Source: Verrucomicrobiota bacterium (GTDB lineage Bacteria; Verrucomicrobiota; Verrucomicrobiia; Opitutales; Coraliomargaritaceae). Taken from it: 64,000 nucleotides of DNA. The notes below the pieces were generated by a model, which worked only from the letters and a program-made list of their open reading frames with translations, had not been told where the DNA came from and ran no database searches. Numbering within the stretch: the first letter of the stretch is position 1; each line of letters begins with the position of its first letter. Of the stretch, positions 10,201 through 19,727 are shown piece after piece. The stretch lies in assembly GCA_039815375.1 (NCBI GenBank), contig JBCBZJ010000006.1, positions 32,001 to 96,000 of the forward strand. Reading direction: 5' to 3'. A program made the translations under genes and the position numbers.

Positions 10201-10446
10201 CGAGGTGAGTCGGGAAAATGGTTCTTGTATCGTGTGAAGAAGCTCAATCAGGATGGTCGCGTTTATGTGCGTGATATACGGGTCGCTCAAGAGGATAAAG
10301 ACACGTTATCTATTGGTCTTAGCGCCAGTCGTATGAAGGAATACTCATTTACTAAAGTAGCTATTGGAGTTATTGGCGATTTACGTGCGCCCAAGCATAT
10401 TCGAGAAAATTTATATGTCGGATCCATTTATCGTGATCCAGAGTGA
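7225..10446 (+). CDS. cas9: Type II-C CRISPR endonuclease Cas9 (1073 aa)
   Basis: RuvC-I LGLDLGSQSIGW, Arg-rich bridge helix, RuvC-II IELARD, HNH EIEHIIPFS..DDS..NK..N..K, RuvC-III HHAIDA. No csn2 or cas4 in the locus. Confidence 0.98.
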   Translation: MSNSKMDFVLGLDLGSQSIGWSVCPCSKEGEVSGLYSFDVRIFDDGRDAKSNEPLAVGRRLAKQTARRRQRAFGRRQALLKCLRKHDLLPNSTEENRTLVSKDPYRLRATAVEQKIDRHEIGRAILHINKRRGFKSTRKDYQAEDADLKGMKKGIEELKEELGDSMTLGQFLYAKKQKNDRAVLRFKSVTKGSTNEWSIYPERRMYEHEIGRIFEEQQKHYSDLDDTLLNRILFIVIEQRPLKKPKVGSCRFHVDQRRAPLALPSQQSFRIYQEVSNLEIRQNSEFRRLRDDERQAIVDQLTLKATKSYRNKNGVGPELTFAKIKTKILGDSSIRFNLEEMGRKSLSVDVTALELSSNACFGDRWFNIPLYEQDTIVLKLTGTEDKQIQDNDDAVIKWLMKTYSITGASATACLHAKLADGYGRLGLRALSEILPFLKGGMHYADSVQAAGLKDPLAEVELHEKLPYYGEVLENYTMPHPSDCSYGNTDNPEIRYGRIPNPTVHIGLNQIRKVVNALIERYGRPKVVRIELARDFAFSAKQNSEEKRQQEKNRKRNGEARDAIARAGHDPRNPKNLLRYKLWTELNKDCLQRSCPFSGRKISIEKLFSSEVEIEHIIPFSRSFDDSFNNKTLCFRDYNRLKSNLTPYEAFGQVPEYADILERVQSLNSAKRWRFREDAYERFMKENPDLIARTLNDTRYLSRAAVAYLRSVCSDVQTIRGAMTSSLRHFWGLDRILSDANEKDRSEHRHHAIDAFVVACSTPSFLRRFQFLTEANKRNFPDQNPLHLDDFPPPYKDYKPSQIADSASRILVSHRLNQIQESRGNIATSGQLHNETFYGLNETREKGFSLRVRKPLLALKQADCKNIASPRLRIFFSKKAEEISNASEWKKLLEGIVASGRIKRLRMLENKSSNAVTGFSARDGSIYRYAMTSGNAWADIISFKGSNENEVWKVHVASVFDAGSGGAQQPVWKVEHPTARKIARVSINDTIALRGESGKWFLYRVKKLNQDGRVYVRDIRVAQEDKDTLSIGLSASRMKEYSFTKVAIGVIGDLRAPKHIRENLYVGSIYRDPE

Positions 10447-11356
10447 CGGAGTTTTCGTAAGACAACATCGTGGCTTTCTGGAAATACAATTAAAACGTGA
10501 CTCTGGTCAGGAAACACGTCGCTTCCCATTTGATTCGATAGAAGGCGTCCTTGTTGAATCAAAAGGAGTTAGCCTGACTAAGTCAGCAATTACTGCATTA
10601 GCAGAAAAAGGCATCCCCTTAATCTTCACGGACCGAAATCATCAGCCTGAGGCAGCCCTGGTATCATTTAAAGGGCATCACCGCGCATCGGAGATGTTGA
10701 ATGCCCAGAGTGACGCGAAACTGCCCCTTAAAAAGAACATCTGGAAACTGATTATTCAGGCAAAGATTCAGAATCAACATCTTGTCCTGAATGAAACACA
10801 TGAAGACACAACCTTACAGCATTTAGCAGGAAGAGTTCGTTCGGGGGATTCAGATAATAGAGAGGGGGTCGCTGCCAGATTGTATTGGTCGCGTCTATTT
10901 GGTTCTGGATTTACGCGAAACCCTGATTCGCCGGATCTAAATGCCTTACTGAATTTCGGCTATGCGATTGTTAGGTCAGCAATGGCCAAAGAAGCTGCGA
11001 TACATGGCTTACACCCAGCTCTGGGCGTCCATCATCGTAATGCAAGGAATGCGTTTCGTCTCATTGATGATTTGATGGAGCCATTTCGACCTGCTGTTGA
11101 TTACGTCGTGTTTTGCGCTTTGGATGAGGGGCATACGCAGGTCACCAATCATACCAAGCATTTGATGCTGCAGCTTTGCTATGAGCCGATTTTTAGGAAC
11201 AAAGAGTGGGGGCGTTCTTTGAATGGCGCGATCAGGTTGTGCGTGCGAAGCTATGTGGCAAAGATGCTGGATAATACGAGAGTTTTCGTGGCGTGCCCGG
11301 ATGGTTTGATGCCGGCAATTTTTGCCTTGGGACGAAGGGGAGTTCTTACGCGGTGA
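10415..11356 (+). CDS. cas1: CRISPR-associated Cas1 (type II)
   Basis: SGDSDNREG.AARLYW, LNALLNFGYAIVR, LGVHHRN..NAF.L.DDLMEPFRP. ATG at 10415. Confidence 0.96.
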   Translation: MSDPFIVIQSDGVFVRQHRGFLEIQLKRDSGQETRRFPFDSIEGVLVESKGVSLTKSAITALAEKGIPLIFTDRNHQPEAALVSFKGHHRASEMLNAQSDAKLPLKKNIWKLIIQAKIQNQHLVLNETHEDTTLQHLAGRVRSGDSDNREGVAARLYWSRLFGSGFTRNPDSPDLNALLNFGYAIVRSAMAKEAAIHGLHPALGVHHRNARNAFRLIDDLMEPFRPAVDYVVFCALDEGHTQVTNHTKHLMLQLCYEPIFRNKEWGRSLNGAIRLCVRSYVAKMLDNTRVFVACPDGLMPAIFALGRRGVLTR

Positions 11357-11688
11357 AACGAACACTAACAGGATACAGGCTTATGTGGATGATGATCATG
11401 TTTGATTTGCCCGTAGGGACGAAGAAAGAACGAAAAATTGCGTCCGAATTCAGAAATCTATTGCTGGATAATGGTTTTGAAATGTCTCAGTTTTCGGTTT
11501 ATCTTCGTTTTATTGGCGAACGTGAACGAATCTCCAGCCACACTCGATGGATTGAGCAAAATCTGCCTAGAAATGGAAAGGTTTCGATTTTATTTTTTAC
11601 GGATCGTCAGTTTTCTGAGTCCATTTTCTTTCAGCATACTAAACGAGAAAAAATTCCAAACGTGCCTGAACAATTAGTTTTGATATGA
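11353..11688 (+). CDS. cas2: CRISPR-associated Cas2
   Basis: YRLMWMMIMFDLPV, FR..LL..GF.M.QFSVY. GTG start overlaps the cas1 stop (GTGA). Confidence 0.96.
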   Translation: MKRTLTGYRLMWMMIMFDLPVGTKKERKIASEFRNLLLDNGFEMSQFSVYLRFIGERERISSHTRWIEQNLPRNGKVSILFFTDRQFSESIFFQHTKREKIPNVPEQLVLI

Positions 11689-11711
11689 ATCGGCCAAAAT
11701 TATTTTCAAGA

Positions 11712-11752
11712 TGCCTTCGCAAGTTATTTATTTTTAGATACTTGCGAAGGCA
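11712..11752. terminator. 13-bp perfect inverted repeat abutting the array (leader-side hairpin or terminator)
   Basis: TGCCTTCGCAAGT-15 nt AT-rich-ACTTGCGAAGGCA, ending 2 bp before repeat 1. Confidence 0.6.
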
Positions 11753-11754
11753 CT

Positions 11755-12120
11755 AGTTTTGAAAATCAGAGACAGCGGTCAATCCGCAACTCGGCGGATG
11801 ATATATCACGCTCGACTTGAAGTTTTGAAAATCAGAGACAGCGGTCAATCCGCAACTGAAATGACCTATGTGGCGCGTGGGGTAGTAGTTTTGAAAATCA
11901 GAGACAGCGGTCAATCCGCAACCAGTTCGCTTTCGCTCGCGACCCATCGACGAGTTTTGAAAATCAGAGACAGCGGTCAATCCGCAACTCAGCACCACAG
12001 ACATTAAAGGTGCCTCCTAGTTTTGAAAATCAGAGACAGCGGTCAATCCGCAACAACCTCAACGATCTCGACTGGATAGGGAGGAGTTTTGAAAATCAGA
12101 GACAGTGGTCAATCGGGCTA
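11755..12120 (-). CRISPR. CRISPR array, 6 x 36-bp repeats and 5 x 30-bp spacers
   Basis: Repeat AGTTTTGAAAATCAGAGACAGCGGTCAATCCGCAAC at 11755, 11821, 11887, 11953 and 12019, degenerate copy at 12085. crRNA sense (GTTGCGG...) inferred on the minus strand from the tracrRNA orientation. Confidence 0.98.
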
Positions 12121-12137
12121 ATCCAGAATCGTGAAAG

Positions 12138-12842
12138 CTAGACCTGAGCCTTTGCTGCCTCGTGAATCGCTACTATCGAGAAAGTTAGCCCTTTTGCGTT
12201 CACCGTGTCGAAGCCGGCGAGTTTAAGCTGTTCGGCCAGGGCTTTTTTTGAGGGAAAATTTTCAATCGTTCCGGCGAGATAGTCGTAAGCACTCTTATCG
12301 CCGGTAGCAATGGCTGCGACCCGGGGAAGGATGTATTTCAGATAAAAGTAATAGATGGGTCGAAACCAGCTGTCGGGTTGTGAGAATTCCAACACATAGA
12401 GGCGCCCGCCGGGCCGCAGCACACGAAGGATTTCCCGGAGCCCTTTTTGGCGATCTTCGAAATTGCGCACTCCGAAGGAGATCGTAACGGCATCGACCGA
12501 GTTATCGGCCATCGGCAAAGACATGCAGTCGCCGAATGAAAACTCGAGATCGGCATAGTCCGACTTGCGGGTTCTTTTTTCCCGGGCCTCATCGAGCATC
12601 GGCTCGCAGAAGTCGAGTCCGGTGACTGGGATATCGGGCCCGAGACGATCACGCAGCTTGAATGCGACGTCACCGCTGCCGGTGGCCAGATCAACCACGT
12701 CCTTTGGCGCGAAAGCTTTTACCATTCTCGTAAGGACCCTACGCCAATGGAAATCAATGCCACCACTGAGGAGGTGGTTTGCGAGATCGTATCGACCGGC
12801 GATACCGGCAAACATATGGCTGACCGCTTGTCCTTCAGGCAT
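12138..12842 (-). CDS. ubiE: Ubiquinone/menaquinone biosynthesis methyltransferase
   Basis: [36 protein letters not shown]. Confidence 0.93.
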   Translation of the reverse strand: MPEGQAVSHMFAGIAGRYDLANHLLSGGIDFHWRRVLTRMVKAFAPKDVVDLATGSGDVAFKLRDRLGPDIPVTGLDFCEPMLDEAREKRTRKSDYADLEFSFGDCMSLPMADNSVDAVTISFGVRNFEDRQKGLREILRVLRPGGRLYVLEFSQPDSWFRPIYYFYLKYILPRVAAIATGDKSAYDYLAGTIENFPSKKALAEQLKLAGFDTVNAKGLTFSIVAIHEAAKAQV

Positions 12843-13020
12843 AGTGTAAAAATTCGGAGAGTGGAAGGGCGTGAAAGTTACAAAACTCAGGCTTCGATGA
12901 TTTCGAGTTGGAGGCCGTGTCGCTCTTTACAGTCTTATCGAGATAGTCTCTGTAAAAATCGTGGTCTGGTTGGTCTTTGCGAGGTGCGTAGATGGGGATG
13001 TTGGCGTCGAAAATCCTCAT
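12835..13020 (-). pseudogene. vapC: Truncated VapC/PIN toxin
   Basis: MRIFDANIPIYA..D.PDH is a PIN N-terminus; only 61 aa; ATGA overlap with the antitoxin gene. Confidence 0.7.
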
Positions 13021-13280
13021 TTATTACTGTATGGTTCCATTTCTTCGGCAGCCAACATGTCGTTCATTTCAGCAGGACTGATGTATTTTACCTTAGGCTC
13101 TTCACCTGATGGCGCGTAAACGATAGTTCTATATTTCTTTTCTTTCGAGGCAGCGTAGTCACCCTTCAGGGCGGTCTGCAGCACATCGTTTACGGTGGCA
13201 CTTACGTTGTTCTTTCGACGAGTCGCAAGTTCTTTGGCTTTACGAGGCAATTCGTCATTAATCGTGAGTGTTGTTCTCAT
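13017..13280 (-). CDS. VapB-like ribbon-helix-helix antitoxin
   Basis: MRTTLTINDEL..KAKELA N-terminus, upstream of the PIN fragment. Confidence 0.75.
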   Translation of the reverse strand: MRTTLTINDELPRKAKELATRRKNNVSATVNDVLQTALKGDYAASKEKKYRTIVYAPSGEEPKVKYISPAEMNDMLAAEEMEPYSNK

Positions 13281-13299
13281 GCATCAGTATGTCTTAGGG

Positions 13300-14889
13300 T
13301 CAATCTTTCTTGATGCTTTCGATGCTGCGGACGACCCATTGGGAGAGCTCCTTGTCCGGGTCTTCAATAGTGAGTTTCCCGATCTTGAAGACGGTCTGGC
13401 CTGTGTTGCGGTTAATAATGGTCAGGCCATGTTCGAAGTCTTTGAACTTTTCCTCACAGAGCGACTGAATAGTGCGGTCTTTTTCTTGTGATTCAGCAAT
13501 GAGGGCATCGATCGCGAGCGGCTTAAACTCGAGAGCAAATCCGTGTTGCTTTTCAAATGAAGTGGCGAAGCGTTTTACATCCTCGATGAAGACGTCTTGC
13601 TGGAGATGTGCGTTGGTCTCTTTTAATTGGGCTAAATACTCTGCCGGGTTTTTGATCATTTCTGGACTGACTTCGAATTTCTTGATCGCGGTGGAGGGGA
13701 GCTCGAATTTGAAATCCCGAAAGATGCGTTCCAGGACGGTGAGGATACCTCTGGCGCCGGTGCCTTCCTTGCTAGCGGTTTCAGCGATATCCATGATGGC
13801 TTCAGGAGTAATTTCGAAATCGATACCATAACCGTAAAAGTCGTCGCGATATTGGTGCAGTACACTGCCTTCCGAGGTGGTCATGATGTGGGCGAGATCT
13901 TCTCTATTCAGCCCCTGGCAAGAAACCCGAACTGGCACGCGGCCAATGAACTCCGGCTCAAAACCGTATTTGATAAAGTCCCGTGTTTCAGCCTGCGAGA
14001 GGTAAAGTGAGCTATCTTCGTCTTCTGAGGAAACCGGGGCACCGAAACCGAGCTCGTTATTTGCCACGCGCTTTTTGATCGATTCGGCTAATTTGTCAAA
14101 GGCACCACTGACAATGAAAAGAATATTGCGGGTGCTGATCGTGCGTTTCTTCGGCTTGCCACCGCGCTGCATTTCCATGACGGCTTGCATCTGTGACATC
14201 ATGTCAGTCGGGCTGAAGAGGTTGACCTCGGTTTCTTCCATCAACTTGAGCAGGTTTATTTGGACGCCGCGACCTGAGACGTCACGTCCAGCGGCACTGG
14301 GCTCACTAGCGATTTTGTCGATTTCGTCGACGAAGATAATGCCGTTTTCTGCCAGCTCGATATCGCCATCAGCGGCTTTCACGAGATCCCGAACCAGGTC
14401 CTCTACGTCCGAACCCACGTAGCCTGTCTCGGAAAACTTAGTCGCATCAGCTTTAACGAAAGGCACACCAATGAGCCGTGCGATGTTCTTCATCAAATAG
14501 GTTTTGCCGACGCCGGTCGGGCCGAGGAGGAGGATATTCTGCTTACTGTATTCGGTAGCCGTGCCCGCTTTTCCAGTCAGCATCTGCCGGACGTGGTTGT
14601 AATGATCGCAAATGGCTACAGAGAGGACTTTTTTTGCTTCGTCCTGCCTGATGACAAAGCGATTCAGGTAGTCTCGTATTTCCTTGGGCTTGAGGCGGAA
14701 ATTCCGGATCTGCTCCATCACATCTTCAGTGGCCTCAGAGCTTTCTTCCGGCGTCGATTCGTCGCCGGATTCCGGCTCGGTCGAAGGATTGAAGGCGTGC
14801 GCAGAGACCTTGACGTTGGAGTCTTTGAACAGCTCCTTCAACTGTTGCTGAATTTCCTCGAAAGGATTCGGTGGATCTTTTTCACTCAT
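13300..14889 (-). CDS. ClpX-like AAA+ ATPase (no N-terminal Zn finger, C-terminal extension)
   Basis: [47 protein letters not shown]. Confidence 0.88.
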   Translation of the reverse strand: MSEKDPPNPFEEIQQQLKELFKDSNVKVSAHAFNPSTEPESGDESTPEESSEATEDVMEQIRNFRLKPKEIRDYLNRFVIRQDEAKKVLSVAICDHYNHVRQMLTGKAGTATEYSKQNILLLGPTGVGKTYLMKNIARLIGVPFVKADATKFSETGYVGSDVEDLVRDLVKAADGDIELAENGIIFVDEIDKIASEPSAAGRDVSGRGVQINLLKLMEETEVNLFSPTDMMSQMQAVMEMQRGGKPKKRTISTRNILFIVSGAFDKLAESIKKRVANNELGFGAPVSSEDEDSSLYLSQAETRDFIKYGFEPEFIGRVPVRVSCQGLNREDLAHIMTTSEGSVLHQYRDDFYGYGIDFEITPEAIMDIAETASKEGTGARGILTVLERIFRDFKFELPSTAIKKFEVSPEMIKNPAEYLAQLKETNAHLQQDVFIEDVKRFATSFEKQHGFALEFKPLAIDALIAESQEKDRTIQSLCEEKFKDFEHGLTIINRNTGQTVFKIGKLTIEDPDKELSQWVVRSIESIKKD

Positions 14890-14983
14890 ATTTTCTAGTT
14901 TGACAGCATTTTCCCGATCAGAAGTATCGCAACAACAGTAACTTTCGATTTTCTTTTATTCAAGTTCTCCAAGTAATCAGAAC

Positions 14984-15304
14984 ATGTCCAACAATCTTAC
15001 AAAACGCGATATCGTGCTCGACATTTACGAGAAGACAGACTTCCCGCAAAAAGAAGTCCGCGAGACAGTTCAGTTGACGCTGGACGCAATCGCTAAGGCC
15101 CTCAGTGAGGGGCGTAATGTAGAGTTGCGTAACTTCGGCGTATTTGAAGTTCAAATTCGCAAGTCACGCATTGGCCGCAATCCGAATAAGCCCGAAACAG
15201 ACGTTGTCATTCCAAAGCGCGCGGTGATCAAGTTCAAGGCGGGTAAGGAGCTTAAGGCTCAGCTTGCAGATCTGGACGTTGATACGGTTGGCAGCGAAGA
15301 CTAA
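14984..15304 (+). CDS. HU/IHF family DNA-binding protein
   Basis: VELRNFGVF, GRNP, FKAGKELK. Confidence 0.93.
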   Translation: MSNNLTKRDIVLDIYEKTDFPQKEVRETVQLTLDAIAKALSEGRNVELRNFGVFEVQIRKSRIGRNPNKPETDVVIPKRAVIKFKAGKELKAQLADLDVDTVGSED

Positions 15305-15336
15305 GCTGGCTTAGAGGGATTTCGTTAGACGACCCG

Positions 15337-16683
15337 ATGCAATTTGAAACACTGCCCGGCTTTCGGGAGTTTTATCCGGCAGCTTGCAGCCGTAGAAACT
15401 TCATTTTCTCGCATTGGCGTAAAGTCGCGCGTGCGTTCAGTTTCAGCGAGTATGATACGCCTGTTCTCGAGCCGCTTGAGCTCTATATAGAGAAGTCGGG
15501 TGAGGAGATTGTTGGTCAGCTCTTCAATTTCGAGGACCGTGGTGGCCGTGCGGTTGCACTTCGACCGGAAATGACACCGTCGCTCGCACGCCTAATCGGC
15601 GCAAAAGCAAACAGCCTGAAACGTCCCGTAAAGTGGTTCAACATCGGCGAACATTACCGCTACGAACGCCCACAAAAGGGTCGGTTACGTGCCTTTTACC
15701 AGTTCAATGTCGATATCTTTGGCGAACCCAGTGCGGCTGCAGATGCCGAGCTTGTTAGCCTTCTGGTGCAGACGCTTCAGTCCTTCGGCTTGACGGATAG
15801 GGATTTCAAGGTGCGCCTCAGTGATCGTGACCTCTGGCTACTGATGTTGGCTTCGGAAGGTCTGGATGATGCCGCCAGTGCGAGCGTTCTCTCTGTCATA
15901 GACAAGCTGGAGCGGACTGATCGCGAGAAGTCGATTGAGAAACTATCCTCAGTAGTAGGTGAGGATGCAGAAGTTTTCTTCACTAAAATCGAGCGTGTAA
16001 TTGCTATTCGAGATGCTGAGGCGCTGAAGGAGTTTATCAACGGCCTCCCTCTTGAAGGAGAAGGGCTTAAACAGGCAAAGGCGCGTTTGTCGGATTGGAC
16101 ATACCTTCTGGATTGCCTGGATGCGGCTGGTTTAGGCGATTACATTCAAATTGACTTGGGAATCGTCCGGGGGCTCGCGTATTACACCGGATTTGTCTTT
16201 GAAGCTTTTGAAGCAACCGGCGAAGGGCGGGCCCTTGCCGGAGGCGGTCGCTACGATGCTCTGGTTAAGAAACTTGGCGGACCGGACATGCCGGCAGTGG
16301 GATTCGCAATGGGTGATGTCACTTTGGCGGACTTATTGGAGGCAAAGAATTTGATGCCGGACTTTATCGAGTCTGCCCAGTGTGTCGCTATTATTGGTGG
16401 CCCCGAAGAGCGGAAAGCGGCGCTGGCCGATATAGCCGGCTTGAGATCGCTGGGCTACCAGGTGGATTATCCCTTGAAGACGCAGGGCTTTGGAAAGCAG
16501 TTCAAAGCAGCAAATCAATCCGGTGCACGTTTTGCGCTGATCTATGGTTCTGAGGAAGTCGAGAATGGTATGCTTAAGGTACGCGACCTATCAAGCGGCG
16601 GCGAGATGGAACTGCTGCGTAAAGAGCTTCAAAATGCATTCCCGGAGCTTCTGGAGTCTGGGCTGCCCGCAACTGAGGACTAG
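15337..16683 (+). CDS. hisS: Histidine--tRNA ligase
   Basis: LRPEMT, RYERPQKGR.R.F.Q, RGLAYYTG, GGGRYD, AVGFAMG. Confidence 0.96.
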   Translation: MQFETLPGFREFYPAACSRRNFIFSHWRKVARAFSFSEYDTPVLEPLELYIEKSGEEIVGQLFNFEDRGGRAVALRPEMTPSLARLIGAKANSLKRPVKWFNIGEHYRYERPQKGRLRAFYQFNVDIFGEPSAAADAELVSLLVQTLQSFGLTDRDFKVRLSDRDLWLLMLASEGLDDAASASVLSVIDKLERTDREKSIEKLSSVVGEDAEVFFTKIERVIAIRDAEALKEFINGLPLEGEGLKQAKARLSDWTYLLDCLDAAGLGDYIQIDLGIVRGLAYYTGFVFEAFEATGEGRALAGGGRYDALVKKLGGPDMPAVGFAMGDVTLADLLEAKNLMPDFIESAQCVAIIGGPEERKAALADIAGLRSLGYQVDYPLKTQGFGKQFKAANQSGARFALIYGSEEVENGMLKVRDLSSGGEMELLRKELQNAFPELLESGLPATED

Positions 16684-16824
16684 TCCTTACAGCGGTTTTG
16701 GCATGGATACCGTATCTCAGTAAATTCTCTATAAATGCCACGCTAAGGCTTTGTTAAAGAAGCTTGAATGTAGTCTAGCATGTTTACTATGTAACTTCAT
16801 TCTCTATTTCAACGATAGGAAATC

Positions 16825-17262
16825 ATGATGCCAGGGATACCTAAACTCATATTCTGGGCGATTGTTCTCGTCGGCGGCTACTATGGTTTGAACTATGTGA
16901 AAGTTCACACCAGTGCCGATGTTGTTGCTTACAAACGCTTCGCGAAAGCAGTTTTGAATGCCGATTCCCATGTTGCCCGGCAAGTTGCCGACAGCGAATT
17001 AGTTGAGGCTGTAATTGAAAAAGATGATCGCCGGCAAGAGCTCTACAACGGAGTGCGCATTCTGCTGACCTATTATAAGGTGCTTAGCCAAAATCTTACT
17101 CCGGACGGTAATAGCTCTATACTCGTAGTTGAACAAATCTCTCGGGTGGACTCTGCAGGCCAGCCCGGTTTCTGGGGTGACCGTGAGATTCGTATGCGGC
17201 ATACCGCAAAGCTCGAATACGAAAACTATCGTTGGCGTGTAACGCATTTCGATGAGCAATGA
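16825..17262 (+). CDS. Hypothetical membrane-anchored protein
   Basis: 145-aa ORF with an N-terminal TM segment and a plausible RBS (AGGA). Confidence 0.65.
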   Translation: MMPGIPKLIFWAIVLVGGYYGLNYVKVHTSADVVAYKRFAKAVLNADSHVARQVADSELVEAVIEKDDRRQELYNGVRILLTYYKVLSQNLTPDGNSSILVVEQISRVDSAGQPGFWGDREIRMRHTAKLEYENYRWRVTHFDEQ

Positions 17263-17304
17263 CGCGCTGGAGTTTTTCTTTCGGAAGGCATCCACATCAG
17301 TATT

Positions 17305-17802
17305 GTGTATCTCATGGATGCCGAACGTTACCTACTAATCGATTCACACAATGTAATTTGTGATTCGGATCGTTTGCGCAGGATATTGGACGGCAACCAT
17401 GACGCTGCTCGCGACCAGCTTGCTAAAATAGCTCTGGCAATTCACGATGCGGAAGGGGTTCGGGTGGCGATGATACTGGACAGCAAGAATGATACTCTCC
17501 AGGTTGAGCATCCGTTCGAATGGAAAACTTTTGAGTATCTTTACGCTCCCGTATCATTAACCGCTGATGGGGTGATCGAGCGAATCATCCGCCGGGTTCA
17601 GGATACGAGTAAGGTCACGGTGGTCAGTAATGACAATATGGTTCGCGAAGCGACCCGTTCAGTTGGAGCGATAGCCCTCCGACCCGAAGAGTTTTTTGAG
17701 TGGGCCTCAGCCTGTGAGCGACGCCTGAGACAGGATGCAATACGGCGAAATGCTACAAACGCTGACGCATTTGAGAATAAGATCGATATTGATTTATCTT
17801 AG
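17305..17802 (+). CDS. NYN/YacP-like domain protein
   Basis: LLIDSHNVI, TADGVIER, VVSND..VR motifs. Confidence 0.8.
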   Translation: MYLMDAERYLLIDSHNVICDSDRLRRILDGNHDAARDQLAKIALAIHDAEGVRVAMILDSKNDTLQVEHPFEWKTFEYLYAPVSLTADGVIERIIRRVQDTSKVTVVSNDNMVREATRSVGAIALRPEEFFEWASACERRLRQDAIRRNATNADAFENKIDIDLS

Positions 17803-17837
17803 TTGACCGAGTTCTTTTTCGCTCATCTGCTTATGGT

Positions 17838-19022
17838 ATGTCTGAGGCGAAGATTGAGGAGATGCAGGGGCTTTACGGGCCATTCAGTCTATTCGAAACG
17901 GTTTTGCAAAAGATTTGGCAACGTGGTGATTACCATAGTCGGGGAATGAAGACTGTGAGTGGGAGGTCGCTTAAGGTTATCGAACCGGGTAGGTGGAATA
18001 GCAATGAAGGACCGGATTTCAAAGAAGCGGTGCTTGAGATCAATGGGCAAAGGCTTGTGGGTGATGTAGAGGTGCACTTTCGATCCTCGGACTGGCATGC
18101 TCACGGCCATGATAGGAACCCAAATTTCAGCCAGGTCGTTCTGCATGTTTTGCTCTACGAGCCTGATCCTCTGGAAACGTCGATTGAGGGAGGTTTGGAG
18201 GCTGTTTGCCTCTTGCCGATATTGAACTGCGATCTAGAGAGCTATGCGATGGAAGAGGCACTCCTGGAGCTTGAAAGAGTCGAGCACGTGGAGTGGCTTG
18301 ATGCTATCTTGAAGCTACCGGTAGAGTTGCGACTGGAGGCTATCTTGGGATTCGCGAAACGGCGCTGGTCCTATAAAGTGGCTTTCGCAGAAAAGCGACT
18401 CAAAGAGCAGGGCTGGAACCATGCATGCCATCAATTTACCTTAGAGGTTTTAGGTTATGCCAGGAACCGTGCTCCTATGAGCCGGATTGCCTCAAAATAT
18501 AGTCTCACTCAATTTTCAGCCGGTTTGGATACGGATAGGTTGTTCAGTGAGTCTCGAGATCAGTGGAAGCTAAAAGGCGCACGTCCAGCCAATCACCCTC
18601 GACTTCGATTGCAGCAATACGCGGAGATTTGTCGCATTTGCCCATACTGGCCAGAGAAGTTGATGGAGATTTTCAGTAAGCAGGAAAAAATGGACGTTCA
18701 CAGTGGTTCTGCCTTCAGAAAGCTTGCCGCAACAAAGCAGTTGCAGAGATTGCTCGCTAAAGACGTTTTTTGCTCACAGCTCGGAGAGAAACGCCTGAAT
18801 ACCCTTCTATGTGATGCTATCTTTCCTTTAGCGCAGGCGAAGAGTCTTTTTGAAGGTGAGCCCTTCTGGCAAAATTGGTATCCGGGTGATATGCCACTCG
18901 GCTTGGTTCGAGCCTTTGATAGGGTTGGTTTATCTAAGGGGAAATTTCCGAAAACAAATGGTTTGCTACAAGGTATTTTGGAGCTGGCTACAGTTAAATC
19001 TGATGAATTGACGGAGCTCTAG
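17838..19022 (+). CDS. DUF2851 family protein
   Basis: PG.WN..EGPDF, GDVEVH..SDW..HGH..NP.F..V.LHV. Confidence 0.85.
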   Translation: MSEAKIEEMQGLYGPFSLFETVLQKIWQRGDYHSRGMKTVSGRSLKVIEPGRWNSNEGPDFKEAVLEINGQRLVGDVEVHFRSSDWHAHGHDRNPNFSQVVLHVLLYEPDPLETSIEGGLEAVCLLPILNCDLESYAMEEALLELERVEHVEWLDAILKLPVELRLEAILGFAKRRWSYKVAFAEKRLKEQGWNHACHQFTLEVLGYARNRAPMSRIASKYSLTQFSAGLDTDRLFSESRDQWKLKGARPANHPRLRLQQYAEICRICPYWPEKLMEIFSKQEKMDVHSGSAFRKLAATKQLQRLLAKDVFCSQLGEKRLNTLLCDAIFPLAQAKSLFEGEPFWQNWYPGDMPLGLVRAFDRVGLSKGKFPKTNGLLQGILELATVKSDELTEL

Positions 19023-19069
19023 AATTTTAATTTGGTCAGTTCTAAAAGCTCTTGAAATCGACACAGTGA

Positions 19070-19603
19070 ATGAAGAATTTGATTCTTAGTATCATTTTTT
19101 TGAGTGCTGCTACCTTTCTTGGTCTTCATTTATATAAAAAAGGAAAAGATGTTGAATGGATTGACGTTGAAGAGTCCGCGCCAACCTATCTTTTTCCTGC
19201 TCGCATGGAACTGGAGAGTGCGGATGGTCGCCGTGTCGATGTAATCGTTGTCGCTCGAAATGACAAATACGTTCAATTTGTGCGCAATTATGACAGGGAG
19301 AAGTTTGTTTACTCTTTGAACCAGCTAACCGGCTCCTCGAGAAAAGAAGTCATGCGATACCCGAATACCGGACTCAAGGATGCCGGTCAGCATGTTGCTG
19401 ATGGCTCGTTGACAAAAAGAGAAGCGCAAATTGAGGAGACAAAAGAAGCCCTAAGTGCCATCAACCGGAGAGTGGAGGATTTGAGCAGAGTATTTGAACA
19501 GAGTGAGAATCCGACTAACCGGAGTGAAATAATGCGACAAATTGAAACTTTGGAGCGACAGCTACAAGAGCAGCAATACAAGCTTGAGGCGCTTGTTCTC
19601 TGA
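19070..19603 (+). CDS. Hypothetical protein (N-terminal TM, C-terminal coiled coil)
   Basis: 177-aa ORF; no family recognised. Confidence 0.65.
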   Translation: MKNLILSIIFLSAATFLGLHLYKKGKDVEWIDVEESAPTYLFPARMELESADGRRVDVIVVARNDKYVQFVRNYDREKFVYSLNQLTGSSRKEVMRYPNTGLKDAGQHVADGSLTKREAQIEETKEALSAINRRVEDLSRVFEQSENPTNRSEIMRQIETLERQLQEQQYKLEALVL

Positions 19604-19727
19604 TCTAAGAGAACGTTCGATCAAATCTGATTATAGTTACTCCTCAAGATAAGGTGGACGAAATCGCAATCGATTCCGCAGCACGCGAGAAATAAAGCAA
19701 CGCTTTTAGCAATTCATGAGACATACT

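Noticed and set aside
11753..12007. Repetitive 82- and 83-aa ORFs on both strands
   Set aside because: Artefacts of the 66-bp CRISPR period.
11791..12084. Self-targeting spacers
   Set aside because: No match noticed within the window by eye; the check was not exhaustive.
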